Below are positions 42,548 to 57,600 of a DNA stretch of 64,000 nt, one piece after another. Where the stretch lies: the NCBI GenBank assembly GCA_951406725.2, contig OX597815.1, positions 55,862,001 to 55,926,000 on the forward strand, written 5' to 3'. The position numbers were made by a program, and so were the translations under genes. Numbering within the stretch: the stretch's first letter is position 1; each line of letters starts with the position of its first letter. The notes below the pieces were generated by a model, which ran no database searches, was not told the DNA's origin, and saw only the letters and a program-made list of their open reading frames with translations. The stretch comes from Octopus vulgaris. Taxonomy: Eukaryota.

Positions 42548-44171
42548 GCTGCACACCTCTATCTCTCCAACCAGTATTTCTTTTGAGGGACACTCTGTTT
42601 GCGTATGTCCCCCATGTCCACACTTGTCACATATTAGTGGTTTCCCTTTTACTTCATCCTTTTTTTCTTTTTTCCTTCCTCTCTTTCTGCATCGTTGCAC
42701 ACCTCCGTCTCTTCAACCAGTAATTCTTTTGAGGAACACTCCGCTTGCGTATGTTCCCCATATTCACATTTGTCACCTATTGGTGGTTTCCCTTTTCCTT
42801 CCTCTCTTTCATCTTTTTTTTATTTTTCTTCCTCTCTCTCTCATTCTCTCTCTCTCTCTGCGTCGTTGCAAACCTATCTCTTCCACATTCAACTCTCTTA
42901 GTGGATACCTCGCCTTCATGTGCCCCCTGCTTTTGCATTTACAACATACTGGAGGTCTCCTCTCCACCACGACTCTCAGTCGGGTCTCATCGAGGAGCAC
43001 CAACTACTCTGAAATATTATGCAAATCCGGCAGGGTTATGTGTATCAAGGCTTCTACACCATAACCCCCACCAGTTGATATCTCTTGACTTTCCTACTTT
43101 GAGGATTTCCACCTCATCTTTACAGTTATATATTATGGCAGCTACCAGCCGTTCTATATCAATCTCCGGTGGCACTTTTCCAATCCTCACTCTCGCGGCT
43201 CGTCTTCCGCAATAGGTAGGTAAGAGTACCCACCTAGTTGTTTTCAAGGCCATAGGGGCGTGTCTCATCGCTTCTTCACTTGTAAAACGCACCTCTACAG
43301 TAGCATACTTCCTTCCTCTTGCGTAGAAGGTGGTCCTGTGTTTTATCTCTTCTAAACATTCTTCAATTTTTTCTATGTCTGCTACTTCAATCTTTTTTGT
43401 AGCTACATTTAACGTTTTGTAAACGATGATCTTCTTTTCCGCTTTTTCTACAGCGTCCTTCGGCGGTACAATTCGAAGGCAATCTCCTTCTTTCTTGAAA
43501 CTTTCAAAATATTTTTTAAGACTTTTCTTATCTATTGTTATTTCCTTTGACTGCATCGCGTCGGCAGACAGGCTTTTGCCTGATGCTTCCACGTAACTCG
43601 CAGTTGGCATACCCAACAGTGGGAAGCAATAAAACAATTTTCAAATATTCAACAATCATAATACGTTCAATAGTAACAATTTCGATAACTCACAATATCA
43701 TAACCACCAACACAGAAAAGCCGACACTCAACTCCTGGGACTCCTTCTTCGTATCAATCACCGGTCTTCAATGCGAAGGGGTCCCAATGCAAATACATAT
43801 ATCCTTTTTCCAGTGACTTTTCGTGACTGACCGTGAAAAAGTGTAAACAAGCAAAAATAAATCTCTGAACGAGGTATAAACAGTAACTGCACGACAGGGA
43901 TTTATTATTGCTTGTTTACACTGTGCGCTGATAACGGGTAAATACCCAGAAACCCGGGCCCGTGCGTATCACGTCAGGTCGACGATGGGAAGGATGGCTT
44001 CCCTTTGCAAACACCGATAGGGCACAGAAAGTGTGTCAATAGCCAGCTGGAGAAGATGTTCTCCTGGGGCTACAAGCTACAGTAACATCCACCCTTAGTG
44101 GTTAGCCACATTTAGATGACAAATATACTTCACATTGTCGTGCAGTTACTGTTTATACCTCGTACAGAGAT

Positions 44172-44172
<1 letters not shown>
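41548..44172. mobile_element. Inverted pair of PLE-type pseudo-LTRs in (TA)n, interrupted by a non-LTR insertion
   Basis: 41548-41737 is the reverse complement of ~43923-44132, and 43860-43896 is inverted at 44136-44172. Hammerhead-like CTGATGA-C-GGGTA aa TACCC-A-GAAACCCGG with a degenerate cleavage site. Confidence 0.7.
41755..43754 (-). mobile_element. ORF1-only non-LTR retroelement (L1/Tx1-like ORF1, decayed) with 15-bp TSD
   Basis: TSD CAATCACCGGTCTTC at 41740-41754 and 43755-43769. RRM-like ORF 43017-43637, CCHC-like knuckles (CCKCKSRGH; CDKCGHGGHTQTEC), charged C-terminus, and AATAAA near the 3' end. Confidence 0.75.
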
Positions 44173-44234
<62 letters not shown>

Positions 44235-44501
44235 CATCGTTGCCAGACAAATTTCACAAAACAATGTCGTACTTTCAATTTTTTTATTCCATGTTAGATC
44301 GTAATTCCCCGGCCAACAGGCTTCTTCAACAGGAGCGATTTCTGCATTATTTTGGGCAATGTGCTATGTCTCGATAAACGAAGGCTTATGTTTCCTGAGC
44401 TCGCCGCTGATGTCTTGTAGAGATTTTTCAACTCTGTCACCTTAATGAAATTCCTTACACTCAAACATACACACACACTGACACGCACGCGCGCGCACGC
44501 G

Positions 44502-44552
<51 letters not shown>

Positions 44553-45009
44553 ACACTCACACACTCACACACACACGCACACACATGCACACACACATGC
44601 ATCATGAGCGATATGCATATACAGAGGAAGAGTGAGAGAGAGTGTAGTAAATATATATAGAGAGGGACAAAGTTTACAATGAGAAAAGCGTAAAAGACAG
44701 AGACAGATAGACAGATAGAGAGAGGGATTTTTTCTGCTGCTCTCACAGATTTTGAAATTTTAAAATTATATGAAAATTTTCAAATTTAATATAATGATGT
44801 AATTTTTCACGCTGAATCCGATTTTATGATTCCAGAAGAAATCTAAAAAAATATTACAGAGGTTTTATAACTTTTACCCAGTCAGAAATCAGAATTTGGA
44901 AGTTAGCATTTTCTGTGTGATAGCTGTCCACCACAAAATGAAAGCAAAAACGTTACAACGACGAAGTTTTAAACAAAATGAAAGCAATTATGTCATATCA
45001 AGAGAAAAA

Positions 45010-45492
45010 GTTTGCGTCTACCAAATCCACTCACAAGGCTTTGATCGGCTCGAGGCTATAGTAGAATCCACTTGCTCAAGGTGCCATGCAGTTGGACTGA
45101 AGCCGGAACCATGTGGTTGGTAAGCAAGCTACTTACCACAAAGCCTCTCCAAAAAATATATATTATATTTATTAAATAATATTTCTCCTTCACCAGTTGG
45201 AATACATCATATGACCTTGTAAAACGCTGGCATCGTGAATTCAAACATGGTCGGAACTCTGTGGAAACAGCTCCCAGATCTGGTCGCCCCTTCTGCCATT
45301 GATGAGACAGAAGAGTGAGAGAAAGTTGTGGCGAAAGAGTACAGTAGGGATCGCCACCATCCCCTGCCGGAGCCTCGTGGAGCTTTAGGTGTTTTCGCTC
45401 AATAAACACTCACAAGGCCTGGTCTGGGAATCGAAACCGCGATCCTCCGACCACGAGTCAGCTGCCTAACCACTAGGCCATTGCGCCTCCAC
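45010..45492 (-). mobile_element. SINE fragments plus a short plus-strand mariner remnant
   Basis: SINE head fragment 45010-45140; tRNA-like head GGAGGCGCAATGGCCTAGTGGTTAGG ending ~45490; SYDLVKRWHREFKHGRNSVETAPRSGRP at ~45206-45290. Confidence 0.6.
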
Positions 45493-45497
45493 ACACT

Positions 45498-47712
<2,215 letters not shown>

Positions 47713-47820
47713 CAATAAAGGGTGGAATATAATTAATTTAATAAAATTAATCAATTTCACCTAGTAGATTTGTCGGTATGGAAAAGACTATATTTGGTCT
47801 TTATATATATATATATAACC

Positions 47821-47878
<58 letters not shown>

Positions 47879-47962
47879 TTAGAGACAAACCACTATTTTG
47901 CAAAACAAACAAGGAAAGACTTAATCAATGCATAACATTTTAATAAAAAGTTAAAAAAACCG

Positions 47963-48006
47963 CCACTACAATTGTTTCATGTCTTCAAATGACAATCTTC
48001 AGGTGG
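47963..48006 (-). ncRNA. Type I hammerhead ribozyme
   Basis: Inverted copy of 50563-50606. Confidence 0.75.
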
Positions 48007-50562
48007 ATTTCCGATCTAAAATATCAATATTTTAAAATATAAGTTTAAAAAATAATTTTTAAATAATAAAAGTATCAATGAAAAATATAAATATATAATC
48101 TATATATAACCTATATATAATCCATATATAATCAATATATAATCTAAAATAAACCCTATCAACAATTAAATATAAAACAATTAAATATAAACACACATAC
48201 GCATACACATATAACTAAGTATATATAACCATATCTAAATACATACACTAACTCACACACCTATATATATATCCCTATACATACACATAAAAACGTCTAG
48301 GCAACGATAGATAAATAAAATAGCCAAATACTTCAACACATTACTTATTCATACTCCCTCACACACACATACAACCCACATTCATAAACAATATACATAT
48401 ACCCGCTCACACATACATATACATACATACAGAACTCGATATATACACCAATATATTCACACCCACATCTATACAGATAAATAAATTACGCAAACAATCA
48501 CACACACACACACACATTCACACATACATAAACACTCAAAAGAAAAATAAACAATTCTTTGCACGTGGTGATCGAACTTTTTTTTTTAAATTATGAATGG
48601 AATAATATATAATCAACGTAAATATACAGAATTTACTCCAAATCATTAATAAACCATCATGATAAATGAAACCCATATATACATATAATGATAAAACTCC
48701 CTTTACCATACACAATTATACCTATATAGCAATCTCCATATATACATTCACACACAAATACACATACGTAAAACACACACACACAACATATACGTATACC
48801 CCCTCACATATACATATACATACGTACTAAACTCGATATATACAACAATATGTTCACACCCACACTCATACAGATAAATAAATTACACAACCAAAATACG
48901 CACACACACACACATTCACACATACATAAACACTCAAAAGAAAAACAACATTACTACACATAATACGATATATAAAATACTTCATAAGTAACCAGAATAT
49001 CATAAGTAACAAGATTAACATAAGGAGAAAAAAATATACATACTTTCAAATCAGTTTCAATTTATGAAGTGAAATTAAACTCTAGCTGTTATAACGTCAA
49101 ACAAAATTACGTTACCATAGGAACCTAACATATGTATAAAAAGTCTTCGCGCTCTGTAAACGAACGTCATTTAAAATTATGAATGGAATAAATGGAATTA
49201 AAAATTATTTGCGCGTGGTAAACGAACATTACTTAAAAATTATGAATGGAATAATGTAATAAAATAACAAACATCTTAAATAGACATAAATTACTACAAA
49301 TTCTTTAATAAAACTACCATGATAAACTAAAACTCATAAATACATATAATGATAAAATCTCCCTTTACTAAACACTATAACATACCTATATAGCAATCCC
49401 CTAACCTATACATTCACACACAAATACACACACGTAAACCACACACCCACGACATATAAAAATACCCACCCCACTCACACATACCTATACATACGTATAA
49501 ACCTCGATATATACACCAAAAATTCACTCCCACACCCATACAGAAAAATAAACATATACATCCTTAAAAATGGGTGCAATCTCACGCACATCAATCATGC
49601 ATGTATACAAGTGCATACACAAGCACACACTTTTACATAGCACCATGCACTCCCACATCTATACATGCACTTATACACGCGCACACATGCACACACACCC
49701 ATGCAACATACATATTCACGGACACTCTCCTAGACATCCAAATATACGTATAAATGGCTTCAAAACAATACCCAATAAAAAACTACCATGAACAACAAAC
49801 CAAGCTATAATGCATGGGGACTAAACTACTAAAAAATTCTAAATAAAATAATCATGATAAATGAAATCCATATATACAAATATAAAGATAAAACCCCTTA
49901 CCAAAACACAATACACACAAATACACACACATATATACACACACCCACAAACATAAACATATACACACTCTCACAAACATATACATACGTACAAACCACG
50001 ATATATACACCAATATATTCATTTCCACACTCAATAAATTATTAAATAAATACATATACAAACATAAACATATATATATATAAAATATATATATATATAT
50101 ATACATTCACACATATCATCACATACACATATATATAAAAAACAGTCTTTCAAAAAAGTAAATAAATATTAATATATTTATATTTATATATGAGTGTGTA
50201 CACGCAGACGGGTGCAAACATACGCACATTCAAAACATTCATGTATACAATTGCATAAATAATCCCACTCAATTACATAGCACTCATACACTCATATAGG
50301 TGTGTGAGTTAGTGTATGTATTTAGATATGGTTATATATACTTAGTTATATGTGTATGCGTATGTGTGTATATATAGTTTATTTTTATTTTGTTTTATAT
50401 TTAATTGTTGATAGGGTTTATTTTAGATTATATATTGATTATATATGGATTATATATAGGTTATATATAGATTATATATTTATATTTTTCATTGATATTT
50501 TTTTATTTTAAAATTATTTTTTAAACTTATATTTTAAAATATTGATATTTTAGATCGGAAAT

Positions 50563-50606
50563 CCACCTGAAGATTGTCATTTGAAGACATGAAACAATTG
50601 TAGTGG
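50563..50606 (+). ncRNA. Type I hammerhead ribozyme
   Basis: ccac-CTGAAGA-T-TGTC atttgaa GACA-T-GAAA-CAATTG-TA-gtgg; palindromic stem III, GUA site. Confidence 0.78.
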
Positions 50607-50778
50607 CGGTTTTTTTAACTTTTTATTAAAATTTTATGTATTGATTAAGTCTTTCCTTGTTTGTTTTGCAAAATAGTGGTTTTGTCTCTAATTAATATTA
50701 TATAATATTTTACTATAAAATTGGATTTAATCCTAAATCTGATTTTTTCCTGTAAATTTGGATTTATTCCCTAATATT

Positions 50779-50836
<58 letters not shown>

Positions 50837-51123
50837 GAACGCACACAAATACACATATATACACATATATACACCAATACACATACGCATACACACACGC
50901 GCATCTATATATACATAAATACATACATGCATAAAACCATATACATATATACATACATGCATACTCAAATAATAAATAATAAATATATATACGTGCAATT
51001 ACCCATCATACAGACGGATACATACATATTAACATACACATGTATACCTATTTACCCATATGTACCTACATACATACACATACACATAAATCTACATACC
51101 TACATATACATAAACACACAAGC

Positions 51124-51173
<50 letters not shown>

Positions 51174-51406
51174 ACATACATATAGATACACATATATATA
51201 TACACATACGTACACACATATATACACGTATGTAAATACACGCACACACATACACACATACGTATATTCATACCTACATCCATACATATCTATACATATA
51301 TACATGTGTACATATACAATATGTGAATAGTCTTAGGAGAGAAGGTAATTGGGGGTGTTGAGGGGACGGTGGGGGTGGGGGGGTTGTGGTGGAGGTGGGG
51401 GTATCG

Positions 51407-51860
51407 TCAATCGGGTTGCCGGGTGGGTCTGTAGTTTTTGTAGTTTGCATAAATTTTATGCATGCAATTTGGGGAGTGTTCCGAGATCTTGTTGAGGAGA
51501 GGGCCTTTGGCGAACAAGATCTCCAGGCTCTCAGAAATGCAAAGGTCACAGCAGGTATGGCCTCCTGTGTACGAACGCGCCCTCTGTAGTAGTCTCCACT
51601 TGATCTTGAAGGGGATGGAGTTCCTTTTAAGGTACCAGATGTGGGCGGCGAGGGTAGTTTGGTTGGATTTGTCAGGTCGCCGGAACGAATGTGTGTGGGC
51701 GTACCAACGAGTCTTAAAGCTGTTTGACGTCATTCCGATGTACGATTTTCTTTTATCATCGGGGCCTGATCGTACCTCGCATGTGTAGACGAGGTCCTTC
51801 TGTAGGCAGTTGTTGTTGAGGGGGCAAGTGGTTTTATCAGGGCAGTTGCAATTGCTATCC
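51407..51860 (-). pseudogene. 5'-truncated GIY-YIG endonuclease of a Hydra-type PLE
   Basis: CNCPDKTTCPLNNNCLQKDLVY...SYIGMTSNSFKTRWYAH...CDLCISE...LLNK...CMH: CxCx5C linker and late CxxC. Confidence 0.8.
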
Positions 51861-52672
51861 GACCTGACAAATCCAACCAAACTACCCTCACCGCCCACAT
51901 CTGGTACCTTAAAAGGAACTCCATCCCCTTCAAGATCAAGTGGAGACTACTACAGAGGGCGCGTTCGTACACAGGAGGCCATACCTGCTGTGACCTTTGC
52001 ATTTCTGAGAGCCTGGGGATCTTGTTCGCCAAAGGCCCTCTCCTCAACAAGATCTCGGAACACTCCCCAAATTACATGCATAAAATTTATGCAAACTACA
52101 AAAACTACAGACCCACCCGGCAACCCGATTGACGATACCCCCACAACCCCCACCCCACCCACACCGTCCCCTCAACACCCCCAATTACCTTCTTTCCTAA
52201 GACTATTCACATATTGTATATGTACACATGTATATATGTATAGATATGTATGGATGTAGGTATGAATATACGTATGTGTGTATGTGTGTGCGTGTATTTA
52301 CATACGTGTATGTATGTGTGTACGTATGTGTATATATATATGTGTATCTATATGTATGTGGATATATATATATATATATATATATGTACGCTTGTGTGTT
52401 TATGTATATGTAGGTATGTAGATTTATGTGTATGTGTATGTATGTAGGTACATATGGGTAAATAGGTATACATGTGTATGTTAATATGTATGTATCCGTC
52501 TGTATGATGGGTAATTGCACGTATATATATTATTATTTATTATTTGAGTATGCATGTATGTATATATGTATATGGTTTTATGCATGTATGTATTTATGTA
52601 TATATAGATGCGCGTGTGTGTATGCGTATGTGTATTGGTGTATATATGTGTATATATGTGTATTTGTGTGCG
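51860..52672 (+). mobile_element. Inverted duplicate of the GIY-YIG end and proximal 3' UTR
   Basis: Reverse complement of ~50840-51679; divergent junction at ~51860. Confidence 0.9.
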
Positions 52673-53884
52673 CGCCCACGTTGCCGCACTTGCCCTTACC
52701 TCTCCAACACCACCCGCCTCACTAGCACCCACCATCGACCCTATCCCATCATCCACTCCTTCACCTGCACCTCCAGCAATATTATCTATTGCATCTCTTG
52801 CTCTCTCTGCAATTCCTTGTATATCGGACAAACGGGACGCCGCTTGGCTGACCGGTTCGCGGAACACCTTCGTGACATCCACCTTGCGAACGACACACCG
52901 GTCTCACGCCATTTCCGCTCCACCGGTCACTCCTTGCAACACCTATCTGTGTTCGGTTTGTCCTTACACAGAGGCCATCCGGATTCCCGTTTGCGCCGTG
53001 AACAGGAATTAATCTTCTCTCTTCGCTCTTATACGCCATTTGGTCTCAACTCTCCCCCCTCCTCATCTAACCCCCTCTCCCCCCTCCTCACCTATCCTTT
53101 CTCCCCCCGACCCCTACTTCTACAGTCCTTCATCCTTTCACCCCTACTCCCCTTCCCTTCTTCCCTCTTTCTCCCTCCCTCTTCCCCTTCCCTCTGCTCC
53201 CTCACTCCCTCTCTCCCTCTTTCCTCCTTCATATCCCTCCTCCCCTTCCTTCTCCCCCATCCTCTCCTCTTCCCCCTTCTCCTCCCCCTCTTCTTCCCCT
53301 CGCCTTCTCTCCCCCTCTTCTCCCCCTCCCCCTCTTCTCCTCACTACACCACATGACTTTACACATCACATCACATATGATGTGCCATACTAATACACAC
53401 ACCAACTAATACATACTAATACGTACTAATACATACCAGTACATACTAATACTTACACCAACCCTATACATACACACGTCCAGACCCCGCATACGCACTT
53501 ATACTCTCTCACACACACACACACACCTATACATACCAATACGTACTAATACATACTAATACATACTAATACATACACCAACCCCATACATACGCACGTC
53601 CAGACCAATCTTACGCACTAATACTCTCTCATACACACACACACACACCCTTATACATACTAATACATACACCAACCCTATACATACACACATCCAGACC
53701 CCTCCCACGCACTTTTAGCTGGTCCCTCACCCCTTTTATCAACCCTATTATCTCCCCTTATTTCGCTCTCGCGTCTCATGTTTGATCTTTGACCTCTGGC
53801 CGAAATCAGATCGCCATGTTGATTCGTTAGCTACTGCACGCATTTTTTTCTCTCCTTCTTTCTGTGTTTTTCTCTCTCTGTGTA

Positions 53885-53922
53885 TCTTTCTGTTGAAGAG
53901 CGTAGGCTCGAAACGTTAAAGA
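53885..53922 (+). ncRNA. Minimal hammerhead-like motif (CUGUUGA variant) in upstream pLTR
   Basis: Same motif as 8790-8827. Confidence 0.55.
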
Positions 53923-54639
53923 CTTGTTTTATTTATATTTCCTGAGCGCCATACTAATACAATTGTTCGTTTGTTTTCCACCTGCCTTCGTCTTTTGTTT
54001 ATTTTCATAAAGCTTCCCGTTATATATTATGCGCTCACGTGGTCTCACTTTCATCCTATATTCTACCAATACCACTATCAACACTTACCTCTACCTTGGA
54101 TTTTCTTTACCTCTTGGATACTTACCATTGGCTGCACCTCTCTTTCGCGGATCAAAGTGACTTTGCATTGATGTGAAATCCTTAAAAAATATACCACGAC
54201 GTCTACACATTTCTCACCTTGAACTTTCAACCTTGAACTTGTTCGCATAAACTGTCCCGTTTGTTGTATTTTTATTTTCTCTTATATTACCACTTTTTTT
54301 ACATTCATTTCATGCTTCCCACATTTTCCTGAATTTTTGTTCTCCTTTCCGTCTTTCTTCCCTCTCTGGATGTCCATACTCCGTTTCCTCTGCCTGCACC
54401 CCCCTTTTTTTGCCTCCCCCTCTCTCTGCTTCCCTTCTTTCTTTCCCTTTTCCGTTTGCCCCGTCTTTTCTGCCCCTATCGCTTACTTATCTAGTTTTTT
54501 CATACGATTATTATTTTTTTTGTTTTTTTGAACGTTTGTTTTTTCCCCTTTTTTCGCTATCCCCTTTTTTTCTATTTTTTTCATACGATAATTTTTGTTT
54601 TTTTTGTTTTTTCGAACGTTTTTTTTCCGCTATCCCATC

Positions 54640-57600
54640 ATGCCGGATCCTAGGTCCTACCTCCTCACCCTCCATCACCGTTTGAAGGATCATCTACGTT
54701 CGCTTCCTGTATATTGCCTTCAGCCGTCCGTTAATCTCTCTCTACTTCTTTTTAAAAAAACCCGCTTCTCTAGCCATGTCTCTTTCCTAAGCCGCTGCCT
54801 ACATCACCGACTCATCCCTAAAGGTTTCCGCCTCCACTTCCACCCTGCTCTCCACTCGGATTCTTCCATCTTACCCATACTCCGCACCACATCTTACCGC
54901 CTTATGCGGGCCACCATTCGCTCCAATCTCTCCAAACTACATGCCATCAACCGCCTTCTTCCTCCTGCTTTCTCCACCTTCTTCTCCTCTCTGCCGCCTC
55001 TCTATGCTCCAAACACGCTACGCTTCATTATCCATTTGAATCAACTCTTCCATCAATTTCTTTCTGATACCAAACTTCGTAAACTCCAATCACTCTTCCA
55101 TTCCACCCTACCCGACGCCACTACCCCAACTCCTCCACCACCCTTCTCCCCTCCCGATAGGCTCCATCCACCCACACCTAACCCCACTGCCCCTCCCTAC
55201 AACCCCTTCTCCCCTCCCGTTAGGCTCCATCCACCTACACCTAACCCTACTGCCCCGCCCTACCACCCCCCACACACCTCCCCAATCCCTCCCCCTCAGA
55301 CCTCCACGAGATCTACCACCCCTCCTACTTCTATTCCACCCACCCCTTCTCCACTTCCGTCTGTTGTTACCATTCCCCCCGATCTTCCCCTCTCTGCGGC
55401 TGAACGCTCCGTCCTTGGTAGGGGTCTGCGTTTCATCCCCCTCACTCCATCCTGTAAGGAATTCCAGACGCGAGTTGATGTCCACAGCTTTGTGCGCCGT
55501 GTCCGGTTGGGTGCGCATTACCACGACTCGCCACCCACACCCAACGAAGAGGACGACTGCTTCACTGGCCTGGGCCGCCGACCATCCCCGTGGACGCCTG
55601 CTCCTGGCCAGATCCTAGCAGTGGATCTTTTCGCGGGCGCTTGTCAGCGTGCATTGGAGCGGTTCAACTTCTCCAGGCGCCAACGCCGCCTCAACATCTC
55701 CCCGGCTGAGCTCTTGGCTCTTCGTTCCCTCCAACGGCGCGCTGACATTATCATCAAACCGGCTGACAAGGGTGGAGCTGTAGTGGTGTGGCGCGCGGAC
55801 CTCTATAGGGCCGAGGCTTTCCGCCAACTCAATGACACCTCCTTCTATTCCCCTCTGCCCTCTAACCCCACACGTAGCTACCAACAGACGGTGTCCTCTA
55901 CTGTCCAAGACCTCATCTCGTCCTCCCGTCTCCCCCGCACCGCATCCAACCTAATTGTGCGAACCCCACGTACCCCCACCATTTACTTCCTCCCCAAAAT
56001 CCACAAACCCAACAACCCTGGCCGCCCCATCGTCTCCGCCTGTAACTGCCCCACGGAGCTCATCTCTAAATACCTCGACCGTGTCCTTGCCCCCCTAGTG
56101 GCATCTCTTCCCTCCCACATCCACGATACCAACCATGCTCTCCGGCTTTTCAACTCTTTCTCCTTTCCTCCCGGCTCCTCCAAAATCCTTTTTACTATGG
56201 ACATTCAAAGCCTCTATACTGTTATCCCTCACCACGAAGGACTGCAGGCCCTTCGACACTTTCTTGACCTCCGCTCTAACCCTGTACCTGACACCTCCAC
56301 ACTCATTCGTCTGGCCGAACTTGTCCTTACTCTGAACTGCTTCTCGTTCGCGGGCGAGTTCTACCATCAGGTCTCGGGAGTGGCCATGGGAACGCGAATG
56401 GGCCCCAACTATGCGAACCTGTTCGTTGGCTATGTTGAGGCCCAAATATTCTCTAATTTCACTGGTCCCACTCCTGAACTATATGGTCGTTATATTGACG
56501 ACATTATCGGTGCCACCTCACTCTCCCGCGAACATCTAGATTCCTTCCTCTCTTTCGTCCAATCTTTCCATCCAGCCCTCCACTTCACTTCCACTATCTC
56601 CAACACCTCTGTCTCCTTCCTCGACATTTCGGTTAGCATTCTTCACTCCACTCTTACCACCTCCATTCACTACAAACACACAGACTCACACTCATACCTC
56701 AACTTCTCTTCCTCCCACCCAGAACACACCAAGCTTTCCATCCCCTATTCCCAATTCCTCCGTCTACGTAGGCTCTGTAGTGACGACCATGACTTTGAGA
56801 CTCAGTCTCAACGTATGGCTCACCACTTCACCCTACGTGGATACCCCCTCACCACTATCCACACCGCCCTTGCCAGAGCACGGTCCGTGGACCGTGTATC
56901 TGCTCTCTCTCCCCGAACCCGCCCTGTAGTCTCCCGCCTCCCTTTTCCCCTCACTTACCACCCCACGACTCTACGTCTCCAACGCACCATTCTTCGAGCT
57001 TTCCGTTATCTCCAGTCCGACCCGTCCACTTCACACCTCTTCCCTAACCGACCCCTCCCCTCTTTCAAACGAGCCCACAACCTTCGAGACCTTTTGGTCC
57101 ATAGCTCCTTCCCTGACCCTACCTCCCAACCCGGCTCGTTCCCCTGCTCCCGCCCACGTTGCCGCACTTGCCCTTACCTCTCCAACACCACCCGCCTCAC
57201 TAGCACCCACCATCGACCCTATCCCATCATCCACTCCTTCACCTGCACCTCCAGCAATATTATCTATTGCATCTCTTGCTCTCTCTGCAATTCCTTGTAT
57301 ATCGGACAAACGGGACGCCGCTTGGCTGACCGGTTCGCGGAACACCTTCGTGACATCCACCTTGCGAACGACACACCGGTCTCACGCCATTTCCGCTCCA
57401 CCGGTCACTCCTTGCAACACCTATCTGTGTTCGGTTTGTCCTTACACAGAGGCCATCCGGATTCCCGTTTGCGCCGTGAACAGGAATTAATCTTCTCTCT
57501 TCGCTCTTATACGCCATTTGGTCTCAACTCTCCCCCCTCCTCATCTAACCCCCCTCTCCCCCTCCTCACCTATCCTTTCTCCCCCGACCCCTACTTCTAC

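Larger units (their letters stand above)
47870..50783 (-). mobile_element. Non-coding 3' part of another PLE with an inverted pLTR, inserted in (TA)n
   Basis: 47870-48265 is the reverse complement of ~50297-50700; both carry a hammerhead; TA arrays on both sides. Confidence 0.75.

Noticed and set aside
53400-53760. AACCCT and TACTAAT short repeats in the Neptune pLTR resembling telomere or branch-point motifs
   Set aside because: Not tandem TTAGGG or TACTAAC; explained by low-complexity pLTR repeats
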